Shown: positions 29,366-40,028, numbered from the stretch's first letter. The stretch: 64,000 bases of DNA from Pseudomonadota bacterium (GCA_016702545.1 JADJDT010000005.1:274991-338990); one strand, 5' to 3'. Translations and numbers: made by a program. The notes: generated from the letters alone by a model not told the origin.

Positions 29366-31747
29366 TCAGTCGATCGCGAGGCCTCGCATCGGATAGGCGT
29401 ACACCGGCGGCAGGCTCAGCGGCAGTAGCGCCGTCGCCAGCGGGGTCGCCAGCGCGCCGAGCTGGGCGACGCGCACGCCCGCATCGCTGATCGCGTAGAC
29501 GAAGGTGTTGGCGTCGTCGCTGGCCATCACGCTGCGGCGCACCTCCGGGTTGTAGTACGGCTGCCAGTCGTAGCGGCCCTGCGCCCGGTAGACGTCGTTC
29601 AGCGACACGGCCCCCTGCGGGGTGAAGCCCTTGTCCTTGTCGACGTGGTAGACGCGCAGCTCGCTGACGAAGCCGCCCCAGTAGCTCGCCGCGTCCGCCC
29701 CACCGACCCAGGCGTGGTAGTCGGTGTAGGGCACCGCGAGCAGGCCCTGCTCCGGGAAGAAGTTGAAGGCCTTGTGGTCCCACTGCGCCGCCGAGCTGGC
29801 GTTGGACGAGCCCACGAGCTGCAGGAAGGTCTGCCGCGGGTTCGCCATGTCGCTGACATCGAAGATCGCGAGCTGCACGCGGCGCTCGCCGCGGCCGGAC
29901 TCCGGCAGGTAGGTGCCGATCGTCAGCAGGTGGTCGCTCCCCAGCGGATGGATGTAGCTCGAGAAGCCGGGCACCTTCAGCTCGCCCACCACGCGCGGCT
30001 TCGTCGGCTGCGAGAGGTCGAGCGTGAAGAGCGGGTCGACCTGGCGGAAGGTGACGACGAAGCCGCGCTTGCCGAAGAAGCGCGCGCTCTGGATCGTCTC
30101 GCCCTTGGCCAGGTCCGCGGTCTCGCCGACCACCTCCAAGGCCCCGTCCTTCGCCACGCCGAGCACGCTGACCTGGTTCGTCGTCACCGTGCGCCACGGC
30201 ATCTCGGGATCGGGCGCGTTCTCGTTGACCGTGGTCGCCACCCGCAGGAAGCCCTCGTGCTCGTCCATCGAGAACTGGTTGAGGATCGTGCCGTCCACGC
30301 CACCGGAGGCGACGTAGCGCGCCCGATCGGCCTGGCGGATATCGAACTTGTGCAGGTAGCTGTGGCTCTTCTGGCCCAGCTCGGGGGTCCACCACCAATG
30401 CTGGTTCGCCAGGTAGAGCGACTCGGTCGAGGCGTAGATCTGATCGACCTCGCCGACCACGGTCGTGCGGGTGATCGCGTCGGGCTTGTCGAGGTTGAGC
30501 GTGATCACGCTGGCGAGACCGAGCCGCACCGAGACGTCGGCCGCCGCGAAGTCCTTGCAGTCGTAGCCGAGCTCGCCGATCGTGCCGTCGGCGAAGCGAA
30601 CCTTGCCCTCGGGCAGCCAGTCGGCCAGGGTCGCCGCGTAGATCAGCTTCTCGTTCTCGACCTTGAGCGCCTCGCGCGCCACCTTCAGCCGCCGCTCGTA
30701 TTCGGCCTGGGCGACCTCCTGCACGTTCCGCAGGTACTGCTCGTAGGTCATGCCGGCCGGCACGGGCGCGCCCGCGTCACGCGCCACGGCCACGCCGCCG
30801 TCCTTGCTCGCGGTGCTCCCGCCCTCGCCGCTGCTCGCCGGCACGGCGTAGTACTTCTCCGGGTAGCCGATCTGCGGGTACTCGACGTTCGGGTAGAACG
30901 CGACCTTCTCCGGCCAGCGCACGTCGTCGCGCAGCACCACGCGCACGGAGGCGCCGATGCTGCGGGCGTGGGCGTAGTTGCCGGGCAGATAGATTTCGCG
31001 CACCAGCCGCAGCTTCGTCAGGTCGGAGACATCGACGACCGAGATCTTCGTCGCCGTCGGCACGAAGCCGCAGCGGAAGGGCCCACCGCCCACCGCGTCC
31101 ACGGCGTAGCAGGGCATCATCATGCCACCCTTCGGCGCCAGGCTCGCGTCGTCGTCGCCGGTCTTCTGGGCGACGGCCTGGTCCACCGTCGAGAAGACGA
31201 CGATCAGGTTCTTGTCGCCGTGCAGCGCCATCTCGGTCGGACGGCCCTCGATCTCGAGCTCGCCCTGCCGCGCCAGGTCTTGCGGCGGCCAGCTCTTGAG
31301 CGCGTGCAGCTTGCTGCCGCTGAGCATGAAGATGCGCTTGCCGTCGTTCTTGACGAAGTCCGGCTCATCGACGCCCGCGACCTGGTTATTGGTCGCGGTG
31401 CTGGCCGTCGGGGCGGAGGCCTTGGAGCCCGAGTCGGCGCCGGCCTGCGCCGCCGTCGGGGCCAGGACCGCATCGTTCGCGAACTCCATCCCACCCCGCA
31501 TCGCGTAGGCGCCGGCGCCGTCGACCGCCAGGCGCATCTGCCTGATCGCCGCCGCCTCGATGTGCTTTTCGAGCTGCTCACAGCTGTCGAAGGAGCGCAG
31601 CGCGAAGGCGCGCTGCACGGCCGGCGGCGGCTTCGTGTTGTCCTCGTTGATCGGGGAGCGGGCGCTGTCGCCGCAGCCGACGGCGAGCGCCAGCGCCATG
31701 CCCGCGCCCAGGTACGGGCGGAAGCGATGCGAATGATTGCGCCACAT
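29366..31747 (-). CDS. secreted beta-propeller lipoprotein (COG4880-like)
   Basis: AGGAGGA sits 7 nt upstream of ATG 31747. Lipobox LAVGC. Peptide NNQVAGVDEPDFVKNDGKRIFMLSG matches the motif I recall for the beta_propel family. Confidence 0.75.
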   Translation of the reverse strand: MWRNHSHRFRPYLGAGMALALAVGCGDSARSPINEDNTKPPPAVQRAFALRSFDSCEQLEKHIEAAAIRQMRLAVDGAGAYAMRGGMEFANDAVLAPTAAQAGADSGSKASAPTASTATNNQVAGVDEPDFVKNDGKRIFMLSGSKLHALKSWPPQDLARQGELEIEGRPTEMALHGDKNLIVVFSTVDQAVAQKTGDDDASLAPKGGMMMPCYAVDAVGGGPFRCGFVPTATKISVVDVSDLTKLRLVREIYLPGNYAHARSIGASVRVVLRDDVRWPEKVAFYPNVEYPQIGYPEKYYAVPASSGEGGSTASKDGGVAVARDAGAPVPAGMTYEQYLRNVQEVAQAEYERRLKVAREALKVENEKLIYAATLADWLPEGKVRFADGTIGELGYDCKDFAAADVSVRLGLASVITLNLDKPDAITRTTVVGEVDQIYASTESLYLANQHWWWTPELGQKSHSYLHKFDIRQADRARYVASGGVDGTILNQFSMDEHEGFLRVATTVNENAPDPEMPWRTVTTNQVSVLGVAKDGALEVVGETADLAKGETIQSARFFGKRGFVVTFRQVDPLFTLDLSQPTKPRVVGELKVPGFSSYIHPLGSDHLLTIGTYLPESGRGERRVQLAIFDVSDMANPRQTFLQLVGSSNASSAAQWDHKAFNFFPEQGLLAVPYTDYHAWVGGADAASYWGGFVSELRVYHVDKDKGFTPQGAVSLNDVYRAQGRYDWQPYYNPEVRRSVMASDDANTFVYAISDAGVRVAQLGALATPLATALLPLSLPPVYAYPMRGLAID

Positions 31748-31987
31748 GGGAGATCCTCCTTGGCTAGCGAGCAAGCTGAGTTGAAGCATTATGACCTAGA
31801 CTCCGCGTAGTTCTGTTTGCACGTCGCGTGCCTCGCCGCCACCTGCCCCAGAACCCCATGATTCCAAGGTCCCCACGCCCGCGGCCCGCGGCGCACCCCT
31901 CAGAAAACTGACGTCTCGCCGCGGCCGCCTCAAAAATTCGCGTCGCGCGTCGCTCGCGCGCCCTCGCGCTTTCCCGCCCGGCGGTGA

Positions 31988-32123
31988 CTCAGGGGGCTTT
32001 CGCAAAGCCCCCTCGTCGCGGGGAGTGAATCCCCGCGACTTCACCCCACAACGCTCGCCTGTCGGCTCGTCTAGCCCGAGAGCAAACGGTTTGTGCTAAA
32101 ACGCGCTGGCTTTCGGGCTAGGC
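31988..32123 (+). repeat. double-hairpin intergenic repeat element, copy A
   Basis: 61 nt (31988-32048) are identical to 51942-52002, and roughly 85-90% identity continues to about 32123. It contains AGGGGGCTTT-CGC-AAAGCCCCCT and GTCGCGGGGA-GTGAA-TCCCCGCGAC. Confidence 0.85.
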
Positions 32124-32183
32124 TGGGCGCCGTGCCGCATCGTGGCGGCCCATGCCGACCCGCCGACAAAGGACACGCCTCCC

Positions 32184-33888
32184 ATGATCACCCGCTGCTC
32201 GCGCCTCGCCGCGCTGCTGGCCCTGGCCCTTGCCGCGGGCTGCACCCGCGACAACCCAGCCGTCTGCGAGTCGAACACCGACTGTTCGGATAAGGCCAAG
32301 GCCGGCCAGGTGCCGAGCACCGACCTGCTCTGCCACCCGCTCGACCGTCTCTGCTACGCCGGCTGCGCCACCGATCAGGACTGCCAGAAGCCGGGCCTTC
32401 GTCCCGGCCAGCGCTGCGACCTGCCCACGCGCCAGTGCCTGCCCGTGGCCACGGATGGGGGCCTGGGCGACGGGGCGGGGCGGGGGGATGCGCGGGGCAC
32501 GCAGGGGCTGGGGACGGCCTGCGGCGGGGCGGGCGTGTGTGCGAGCGGCTTCTGCGTCGATGGGCGCTGCTGCGAGAGCGCCTGCGGCGGCCTCTGCGAG
32601 CGCTGTGACATCTCCGGCGCCCTCGGCGCCTGCAGCGCCGTCCCCGCGGGCCAGGACCCCGGCACCGAGTGCGCCCCGGGCACGACCGCCAGCGACGCGC
32701 TCTGCGCCGGCACCTGCGACGGCGCGCGTCGCTGTCGCTTCGACACCTCCAAGGTCTGCGACGGCGCCTGCCGCACCGTCGCCGGCAGCGGCGACACCAC
32801 GGCCCTGAGCTTCCGCTGCGGCGACGACGGCCGCTGCAACCTGAGCACGGCCGCCACCACCAAGCTCTGTCAGTTTTCCCGCTGCACCGGCAGCGGGCCC
32901 AGCGCCGACTGCCCCGTGAGCTGCACGACGGCGGCCGACTGCCTCGCCACCAGCCTCTGCGACCGCGCCGAGGCCCACGCCAGCGGCAAGGGCGCCTGCG
33001 TCAACCCGGCCCAGGTCCTGCGCCTGACCGACGCCACCACCGACGCCAACCTCAACACCGCCCTCGGCCAGCTCAGCGAGGCCAAGCCCTATCTGGGCCT
33101 GCGCCCCGGCACCTACACCCTCGGCGCCACCCTCAGCGGCAAGCGCGCCGTCCTCATCGGCCTCGGCGCCAAGCCCGAGGACGTCACGCTGCGCCCCAGC
33201 GCCGCCCCCGCCCTCAGCGTCGGCCCCAGCGCCACGCTGCAGCTCCAAAACCTTGCCCTCGTCCGCCCCGCCGGCTCCCCCGTCGTCGGCGACGCCCTGA
33301 CCTGTAGCGCCGACGCCACCCACCGCAGCAGCGTCACCGTCCTCGAGAGCATCCTCGCCGGCCACGCCGACCAGGGCCTCGAGGCCAGCTACTGCGAGGT
33401 CACCGTCCGCCGCAGCACCCTCCACGACAACGACGGCGGCGGCCTCAAGCTCACGGATCGGCCGCTTCATCGTCAGCGACACCCTCCTCTACGGCAACGG
33501 CACCGCCGGCGCGGGCGGCTCCCCCGCGGGCGGCGTGAGCTTCGCCAGCACCACCGCCGTCACCTTCCTCAACAACACCGTCGTCAGCAACCTCGCCGCC
33601 GACGGCACGGCCGCCGGCGTCCTCTGCTCGACCGCCACCACCCAGCTCGTCAACAGCATCGTCGCCGCCAACTCCCTCAACGTCTTCGGCTGCACCGTCG
33701 CCCCCTCCAGCCTCGTCGCCGACAGCCTCGGCGCCGCCTGCGCCCTCACCGCCTTCAAGCCCACCACCGGCGTCTGCCTCAACGACAAGGGCGACAACGC
33801 CGCCGTCGCCCAGAGCCGCCTCGACCACGACAACGCCCCCCGCATCAAGGGCGCCAAGGTCGACCTCGGCGCCTTCGAGGTCCAATGA
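32184..33888 (+). CDS. Cys-rich / parallel beta-helix lipoprotein, paralogue 1; frame broken near 33457
   Basis: ATG 32184, lipobox LAAGC. A Cys-rich N-domain is followed by a beta-helix-like region. The sensible reading switches from frame 3 (...DNDGGGLKLT) to frame 1 (GRFIVSDTLLYGNGTAG...DHDNAPRIKGAKVDLGAFEVQ, track ORF 33535..33888). Confidence 0.7.
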
Positions 33889-33922
33889 GCGTGCCCAGGC
33901 CCCCCAGCGTGGAGAGGCGCCC

Positions 33923-35531
33923 ATGACCCCCGCCGCAGCCCCCCGCGCCCTCGCCGCCCTCGGCGGCGCGGCCTTCGCCCTGGCGCTGAGCGCCTGCTGG
34001 GCCGAGGACCCCACCTTCTGCAACGCGACCCACCCCTGCCGGCAGGGCCAGCGCTGCGACCTCCCCACGCGCCAGTGCCTGCCCGTGGCCACGGATGGGG
34101 GCCTGGGCGACGGGGCGGGGCGGGGGGATGCGCGGGGGACGCAGGGGCTGGGGACGGCCTGCGGCGGGGCGGGCGTGTGTGCGAGCGGCTTCTGCGTCGA
34201 TGGGCGCTGCTGCGAGAGCGCCTGCGACGGCCTCTGCGAGCGCTGCGACATCTCCGGCGCCCTCGGCGCCTGCAGCGCCGTCCCCGCGGGCCAGGACCCC
34301 GCCACCGAGTGCGCCCCGGGCACCACGGCTAGCGACGCGCTCTGCGCCGGCACCTGCGACGGCGCGCGTCGCTGTCGCTTCGACACCTCCAAGGTCTGCG
34401 ACGGCGCCTGCCGCACCGTCGCCGGCAGCGGCGACACCAGGGCCCTGAGCTTCCGCTGCGGCGATGACGACCGCTGCAACCTGAACACGGACGCCACCAC
34501 CAAGCTCTGTCAGTTTTCCCGCTGCACCGGCAGCGGGCCCAGCGCCGACTGCCCTGTCAGCTGCACGACGGCGGCCGACTGCCTCGCCACGAGCCTCTGC
34601 GACCGCGCCGAGGCCCACGCCAGCGGCAAGGGCGCCTGCGTCAACCCGGCCCAGGTCCTGCGCCTGACCGACGCCACCACCGACGCCAACCTCAACACGG
34701 CCCTCGGCCAGCTCAGCGAGGCCAAGCCCTATCTGGGCCTGCGCCCCGGCACCTACACCCTCGGCGCCACCCTCAGCGGCAAGCGCGCCGTCCTCATCGG
34801 CCTCGGCGCCAAGCCCGAGGACGTCACGCTGCGCCCCAGCGCCGCGGCTGCCGTCACCGTCGGCACCAGCGCCACCCTCCAGCTGCAAAACCTCGCCATC
34901 ACGGCCCTCGACCCGCGCCAGCCGGGGGGCAACGCCCTCACCTGCGTCGCCGACGCCACCCACCGCAGCAGCGTCACCATCCTCGAGACCACCCTCGCCG
35001 GGCCACACGGGCCAGGGCCTCCAGTCCAGCTTCTGCGACGTCACCGTCCGCCGCAGCACCCTCCACGGCAACGACGGCGGCGGCCTCGTCCTGGGCTTCG
35101 GCCGCTTCATCGTCACCGACACCCTGCTCTACGGCAACGGCACCGCCGGCCCCGGCGGCTCCCCCGCGGGCGGCGCCAAGCTCGACAGCACCACCCCCGC
35201 CGTCTTCCTCAACAACACCGTCGTCAGCAACCTCGCCGCCGACGGCACGGCCGCCGGCGTCCTCTGCGACAGCGCCGCGACCCAGCTCGTCAACAGCATC
35301 GTCGCCGCCAACAGCCCCCTCAACGTCGCCGTCTGCACCGTCGCCCCCTCCAGCCTCGTCGCCGACAGCACCGGCGCCGCCTGCACCCTCACCGCCTTCA
35401 AGCCCACCACCGGCGTCTGCCTCAACGACCGCGGCGACAACACGGCCGTCGCCCAGAGCCGCCTGGACCACGACAACGCCCCTCGCATCAAGGGCGCCAA
35501 GGTCGACCTCGGCGCCTTCGAGGTCCAATGA
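33923..35531 (+). CDS. Cys-rich / parallel beta-helix lipoprotein, paralogue 2; frame broken at 35000-35002
   Basis: Lipobox LSAC. Removing one G from GGG at 35000-35002 restores ...TLAGHTGQGLQSSFCDVTVRRSTLHGNDGGGLVLGFGRFIVTD...GAKVDLGAFEVQ, ending at TGA 35529-35531. About 800 bp (34046-34845) are roughly 97% identical to 32406-33205. Confidence 0.7.
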
Positions 35532-35563
35532 GCGGCCACGCCCAGCAGCGCGGCGGGGCGCCC

Positions 35564-35690
35564 ATGACCCACGCTAGAGCCCCCCGCGCCCTCGCCGCCC
35601 TCGCGCTAACCGCGCTCGCCCTCGCGCTGGCGGCCTGCTGGGCCGAGGACCCCACCTTCTGCAACGCGACCCACCCCTGCCGTCCGGGCC
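35564..35690 (+). pseudogene. truncated third copy of the paralogue family (signal peptide and first ~40 codons only)
   Basis: MTHARAPRALAALALTALALALAACWAEDPTFCNATHPCR parallels the N-terminus of paralogue 2. Homology then stops, and the reading frame runs into the convergent gene 35728..36834. Confidence 0.55.
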
Positions 35691-35727
35691 TGCCCGCGAG
35701 CCGCGTCACAAGCACCACGCCACGGGT

Positions 35728-36834
35728 CTATTGCGTCGGCGTCGCAGCCTCGGCGCGCCGGAGGCCAAAGGGGTTGCGGGGGGCGCTGAGCGCCGCGGTG
35801 AGGTCTTTGTCGAGGCGGTAGGTCCCGCGCCATCCCTTGCCGGCGTAGGAGGTGCCGTCCTCTGCCAGCGCCGCGCTGCCGACGAGCACCAGCTCGCTGT
35901 GCTCGTCGATCCGGGCCAGGCTGCTCTGGAGTTGGTCCCCCAGCTTCTGTGCGCGCTCGAGACACACCTCCATCAGGGTCGTCTCGAGACTACCAGCACC
36001 ACCGCCGCCGACATGGCCGGTCACTGCCGCGCCCGCGATCATGATGGCGGCGGTCAACGCGGCAGCCGTGGCCTTGCAGGCGAAGAGCTCCACCATCATC
36101 ACGCCGAAGGTGTCGAACCTCTTCGCGCCCGCCGCCTGGGCGAGGCCCACGCGCTCGAGGGCCAGGAGCAGGGCCGTCCCGATCGGCAGCTTGAGGTGAT
36201 GCGCATCGATCACCAGCTCGTTGCCCCTGCGGCGCACCGGAACCCGCACGGCGGCGGGGAGCTTCTCCTCACCCAGCTCGGCGTGCGTCAGGGTCAGGGC
36301 GAGACCCGCCAGCTCGTACCTTACCCGCTCGATGGTGTGCGTGCCGGTGAGCCGCCCGTTGGCGTCGAGGCCCAGGTCGAGGCGGGACTCGACTTGGAAG
36401 CGCCGAACGGCGTCGGAGAGCGCGCCAGCGGCTGTCTTCAGCCCGTCGGCGATCTCCGGCGCGTTGTCGTAGACGACCTTGTTGAGCTCGCGACCGAGCA
36501 TCGGGCGGAGGGGCTTGATCGCGAGCTTGAGCGGGAGGGGAACGCGGTCCACCACCTGATCGACCACGAAGCGACCCGGATCGTCGGTCCCGTCCGAGAC
36601 GTCGCGCAACATGTTCAGGGCCTCTCCTACGCCCGAGTCATCGAAGTGCCCATCGACGTCGAAGCGGGACTCCACCAGGTAGCTGCTGTCGCTGGCGACC
36701 GGATCGCCGACGCTCAGGTCATCGCCACCGCAGGCGGGAAGGGCCAGGAAGGTCACGGTCAACGCGAGGCGGGCGGCGGCCGGCCAGGGTCTCTGGCTGG
36801 CCCGGGGTTCGCTATTCGGGTTTTCGCTATTCAC
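35728..36834 (-). CDS. lipoprotein, unknown function
   Basis: 368-aa ORF with a lipobox-like LALPAC. It has balanced, non-Arg-rich composition and internal hydrophobic segments (AALTAAIMIAGAAVTG). Confidence 0.6.
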   Translation of the reverse strand: MNSENPNSEPRASQRPWPAAARLALTVTFLALPACGGDDLSVGDPVASDSSYLVESRFDVDGHFDDSGVGEALNMLRDVSDGTDDPGRFVVDQVVDRVPLPLKLAIKPLRPMLGRELNKVVYDNAPEIADGLKTAAGALSDAVRRFQVESRLDLGLDANGRLTGTHTIERVRYELAGLALTLTHAELGEEKLPAAVRVPVRRRGNELVIDAHHLKLPIGTALLLALERVGLAQAAGAKRFDTFGVMMVELFACKATAAALTAAIMIAGAAVTGHVGGGGAGSLETTLMEVCLERAQKLGDQLQSSLARIDEHSELVLVGSAALAEDGTSYAGKGWRGTYRLDKDLTAALSAPRNPFGLRRAEAATPTQ

Positions 36835-37145
36835 CGGCTACTCCTTGGTTGGGTGCCGCGCAGGGCGGCATCACCTCGACCGCAGGGCTCAGCGAGCGCT
36901 CAGTCGAGAATGGTGCGGGGGACGTCAGCAACGGCCGCGCCAACGGCCTCGGATCCCCGGGACGGCAAGAATACTCGTGCGCAACCGCTCGCCCCGACAG
37001 CGGAGAGCGCGCCGTGTGAACCGCAGACCACTCCAACCCGTGCGTTACCGTCACACCCCGCCGCGCGCCTCTGCCGGGCATCGGTGCCCACCCCCCGTTG
37101 ATTCGGTGCGGCGGACGGTCTGCTGGCTCCGGGGCAGCGAGCTGG

Positions 37146-37208
37146 GTCGGAAGGGTGGCGGTCGGAAGGGTGGTTGGCACCGCGGGCGCTCCGGCACCGC
37201 GGGCGCTC
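37146..37208 (+). repeat. two adjacent short tandem duplications in a long non-coding region
   Basis: GTCGGAAGGGTGG occurs at 37146 and 37161 (period 15). GGCACCGCGGGCGCTC occurs at 37176 and 37193 (period 17). The second pair reads TGGCAC-N5-GCGCT, a partial -24/-12 match. Confidence 0.8.
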
Positions 37209-37540
37209 GGCTCGACCGCCGCCCGCGCGGGCGCTCCCGATCAGCGAGGAGCTTGAGGACGGCGGGCGGGTACAAACACCAGCCCCCCGCCCCTGGCAGC
37301 GACCCTCGCTGTACTTGCCGCCTGAGTGAGGCGCGAGTACGATTCAACTCCAAGCCACTTCGGACGATAGACTGCGGGTTGGGCCCTGGCGAGCCAGCGT
37401 CCGGTGCGGGGCCCTCGCGCCTCGACAGTGGTGTTGCTCGCGACCCGGGACGCTGAGGGTTCGAAGAGCGTCGGTAACGATGATTGGGCGGGGCAACGAG
37501 CTCCCGAGCGGTTGCGCTCGGCGAAACAAGGGGTACGGTC

Positions 37541-38392
37541 ATGTCAGCACGGCGAGTTCGGTACCTCGGGGCCGTTGGTGGTCTCCTGGTTGCTCTCAGC
37601 GTCGGCCTCGGCAGCCCCTCGCCGGCCCGGGCGGCCGGGGACGAGGTGACCAAGGTCGAACAGCTCTTCGCGGAGGGTGCCGCCCTCTTCAACGCCGGTC
37701 GCTTTCGGGAGGCACTGGCCGAGTTCGAGAAGGCCTATGCGATCTATCCCGCCGCCAACCTGATCTTCAACATGGCTCGCTGCCACGAGGCCTTGGGAAA
37801 CACCGACCTTGCGATCGCGCACCTGGAGCGCTTCCTGGGGCAGACCGACGTCGATCCACGGGACCGCGCGACCGCGGAGCGCAAGCTGAGCTATCTACGC
37901 CGCGCCCGGACTCGGACCGTGCTGGAGGGCGGCGGGGCACGAGCAGCCGCCGCAGCCCGCTCTGGTGCAGAGGTCTCGACGCAGGCGAAGCCGGCCGCGC
38001 CGGAGCGGGTGTCGTACTCCCCCTGGCAGTATGTCGCGCTTGGCGCCGGAGCCGCGCTCTGCGGCGGTGGCGCCGTGGCCCTGGTGTTGGGCATGAAGGA
38101 CCAGGACGAGGTTGAGGTGCTGAACCGCAGGGCCAAGGCGGGGGAGCCGATCACGCGCCCCCAGATCGAGGACGCCCAGGATAAGGCCGACACGAAGAAG
38201 CTGGTCGGCTATGTGCTGGCCGGCGTGGGCGCCGCTTCGTTGATCACCGGCGGCGTCCTGCTCGTGCTCGAGCTCACGAGCAAACCCGCCCAACCTTCCG
38301 AGAACGCACCGGTGGCGAGCGCGGCGCTCTCCTTTGGTCTCGCTCCCTTGCCCGGCGGCGGGGGTGCGGCCACGCTCGCGGGACGCTTCTAG
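37541..38392 (+). CDS. TPR-like secreted/membrane protein
   Basis: ATG 37541 follows AAGGGG. It has a signal peptide, TPR-like helices (AEGAALFNAGRFREALAEFEKAYAIYP...ARCHEALGNTDLAIAHLERFL) and two C-terminal hydrophobic spans. Confidence 0.65.
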   Translation: MSARRVRYLGAVGGLLVALSVGLGSPSPARAAGDEVTKVEQLFAEGAALFNAGRFREALAEFEKAYAIYPAANLIFNMARCHEALGNTDLAIAHLERFLGQTDVDPRDRATAERKLSYLRRARTRTVLEGGGARAAAAARSGAEVSTQAKPAAPERVSYSPWQYVALGAGAALCGGGAVALVLGMKDQDEVEVLNRRAKAGEPITRPQIEDAQDKADTKKLVGYVLAGVGAASLITGGVLLVLELTSKPAQPSENAPVASAALSFGLAPLPGGGGAATLAGRF

Positions 38393-38480
38393 TTCAGGTC
38401 TAGGGGAGTTCGCCAAGGGCGTTGATCGGCTTCGAGGGCTCGTCACGCTGGTCCGGGTGGCCAGTTCATGGAGGTGTAGC

Positions 38481-40028
38481 TTGCGGCAATCGATTCGCTT
38501 CGCACTGCTAACTGTCATCTTGGCCGGGTGTTCCGATAGCTCCTCGATCGACGTCGAGGGCCTCGTTTGCAAGACCCGGCTCGACTGCGGCAAGGGCTTC
38601 GTCTGCGATCCCGCGAACAAGCGCTGCATCAAGGGTTACGACGGGATCAACGGCGTCACGGCTACCGAGATCGTGCTCGGCAACAGCGGCGGCACGGTCA
38701 GCGGCGGCAACGAGGCGAGCGCCAAGGGCGGCCTCGACGGCGCCAAGGCCTACCTCGAGCACGTCAACAGCCAGGGCGGCATTTTCGGCCGGAAGTTCAG
38801 GATGGAGCATCTGGACGATGGCCTGAAGAACGATCGCGCGACCGCGAACGTGGCGGAGTTCACGAACCCGGTCAACGGCTCGCGCAAGGTCTTCGCCCTG
38901 CTCGCGAACTATGGCAGCGGTCCCGTGGTGGCGAGCGTCCAGACCGCGATCGACAACAAGACCGTCTTCTTCGCTCCGGTGACCGGCTCGGCGGCCCTGC
39001 GCAAGGTCCCGCCCGATCGCTATGTGTTCAACTACCGCGCGAGCGGCCTGGAGCAGGTCACGCTGGCCGTGCGCTTTCTGACCGCCAAGGGCGGCGAGAT
39101 GAACATCCACCCGCGCAACATCGCGGTGTTCGCGCAGGGCAAGGACGCCCCCGCGCCCAACTCCTGCGGCGCCGAGGAGTGCGCCTGGACCGACAAGTGC
39201 TCCTGGAACGCCGAAGGCGCGATCAGCTGCGACTCGGCGAATCCGGGGATCGAACACATCGACGCCTATGGCGAGGCCGGCTTCACCGGCACCTGGCAGC
39301 AGCTCAAGGAGGACTTCGCCATCCCACGCGACGAGGTGGTCTTCGCGACCTACCCGATCTCCACGACCGTCGTGAAGGCGGCAGCGGTCCACCTGCTGCG
39401 GTGGTTGGCGCGGCCGAAGAAGGCCGATGAGTACAAGTCGAGCGGGAAGTTCGACGCCGGCATCATCCTCCAAGCGCTCAACGGCCCGGCAGCGGCCTTC
39501 GTGGCCCTGATGGAGGACGAGATCGAGCGGGTCAACAAGAGTGAGGCCGTGACGCTCGGCCTGAAGACGGAGGAGGTCGCCGAGCTCAAGAAGCTCGACA
39601 AGCTCACCTATCTGGGCACGGCCCTCAGCGAGGCATTCGCCAAGACCCAGCTCGAGAAGGCGAACCCCGCTCGCTATTGAGAGAACGTGATGGCGGTCCA
39701 ACTGGTGCCGGAGCCGAACAGCTCGGGCTCGCTGGTGCTACAGTACCGTGCGCACCTCAAGGCCTACGACGCCAACCTCACCGTGGGTCCCTACACGCTC
39801 GAGGGCTATATCGGCGTCCGAATCCTGCTGACGGCCATCGAGAAGAATGGTCCGGACATCACCACGGAATCGCTGGTCGAGACGCTCGAGAGCATGGACA
39901 AGATCGACGTGGGTCTGGGCGTCCCACTGGGCTTGAGCCAGGAGGATCATCAGGCCTGCCACGCGGTCTGGCTGCGCAAGCTGGACACGGTCTGCAAGTT
40001 CGTCGACTTCACGCAGATCACGCGCTGA
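38481..40028 (+). CDS. LivK/Peripla_BP_6-type substrate-binding lipoprotein interrupted by an in-frame TGA at 39678-39680
   Basis: TTG 38481 follows GGAGG. Lipobox ILAGC. It has type-I periplasmic-binding-fold features (GGLDGAKAYLEHVNSQGGIFGRKF...). Track ORF 39687..40028 is in the same frame and supplies the expected C-terminal lobe (PYTLEGYIGVRILLTAIEKNG). Confidence 0.7.

Noticed and set aside
31796-32044. Two small minus-strand ORFs (31796..32044 and 51768..51998) sharing the N-terminus MKSRGFTPRDEGALRKPPE, i.e. a possible small-protein family
   Set aside because: The shared 19 residues coincide exactly with the 61-nt identical double-hairpin core. Beyond it the two translations diverge into Arg-rich sequence. 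Conservation is at the DNA/RNA-structure level.
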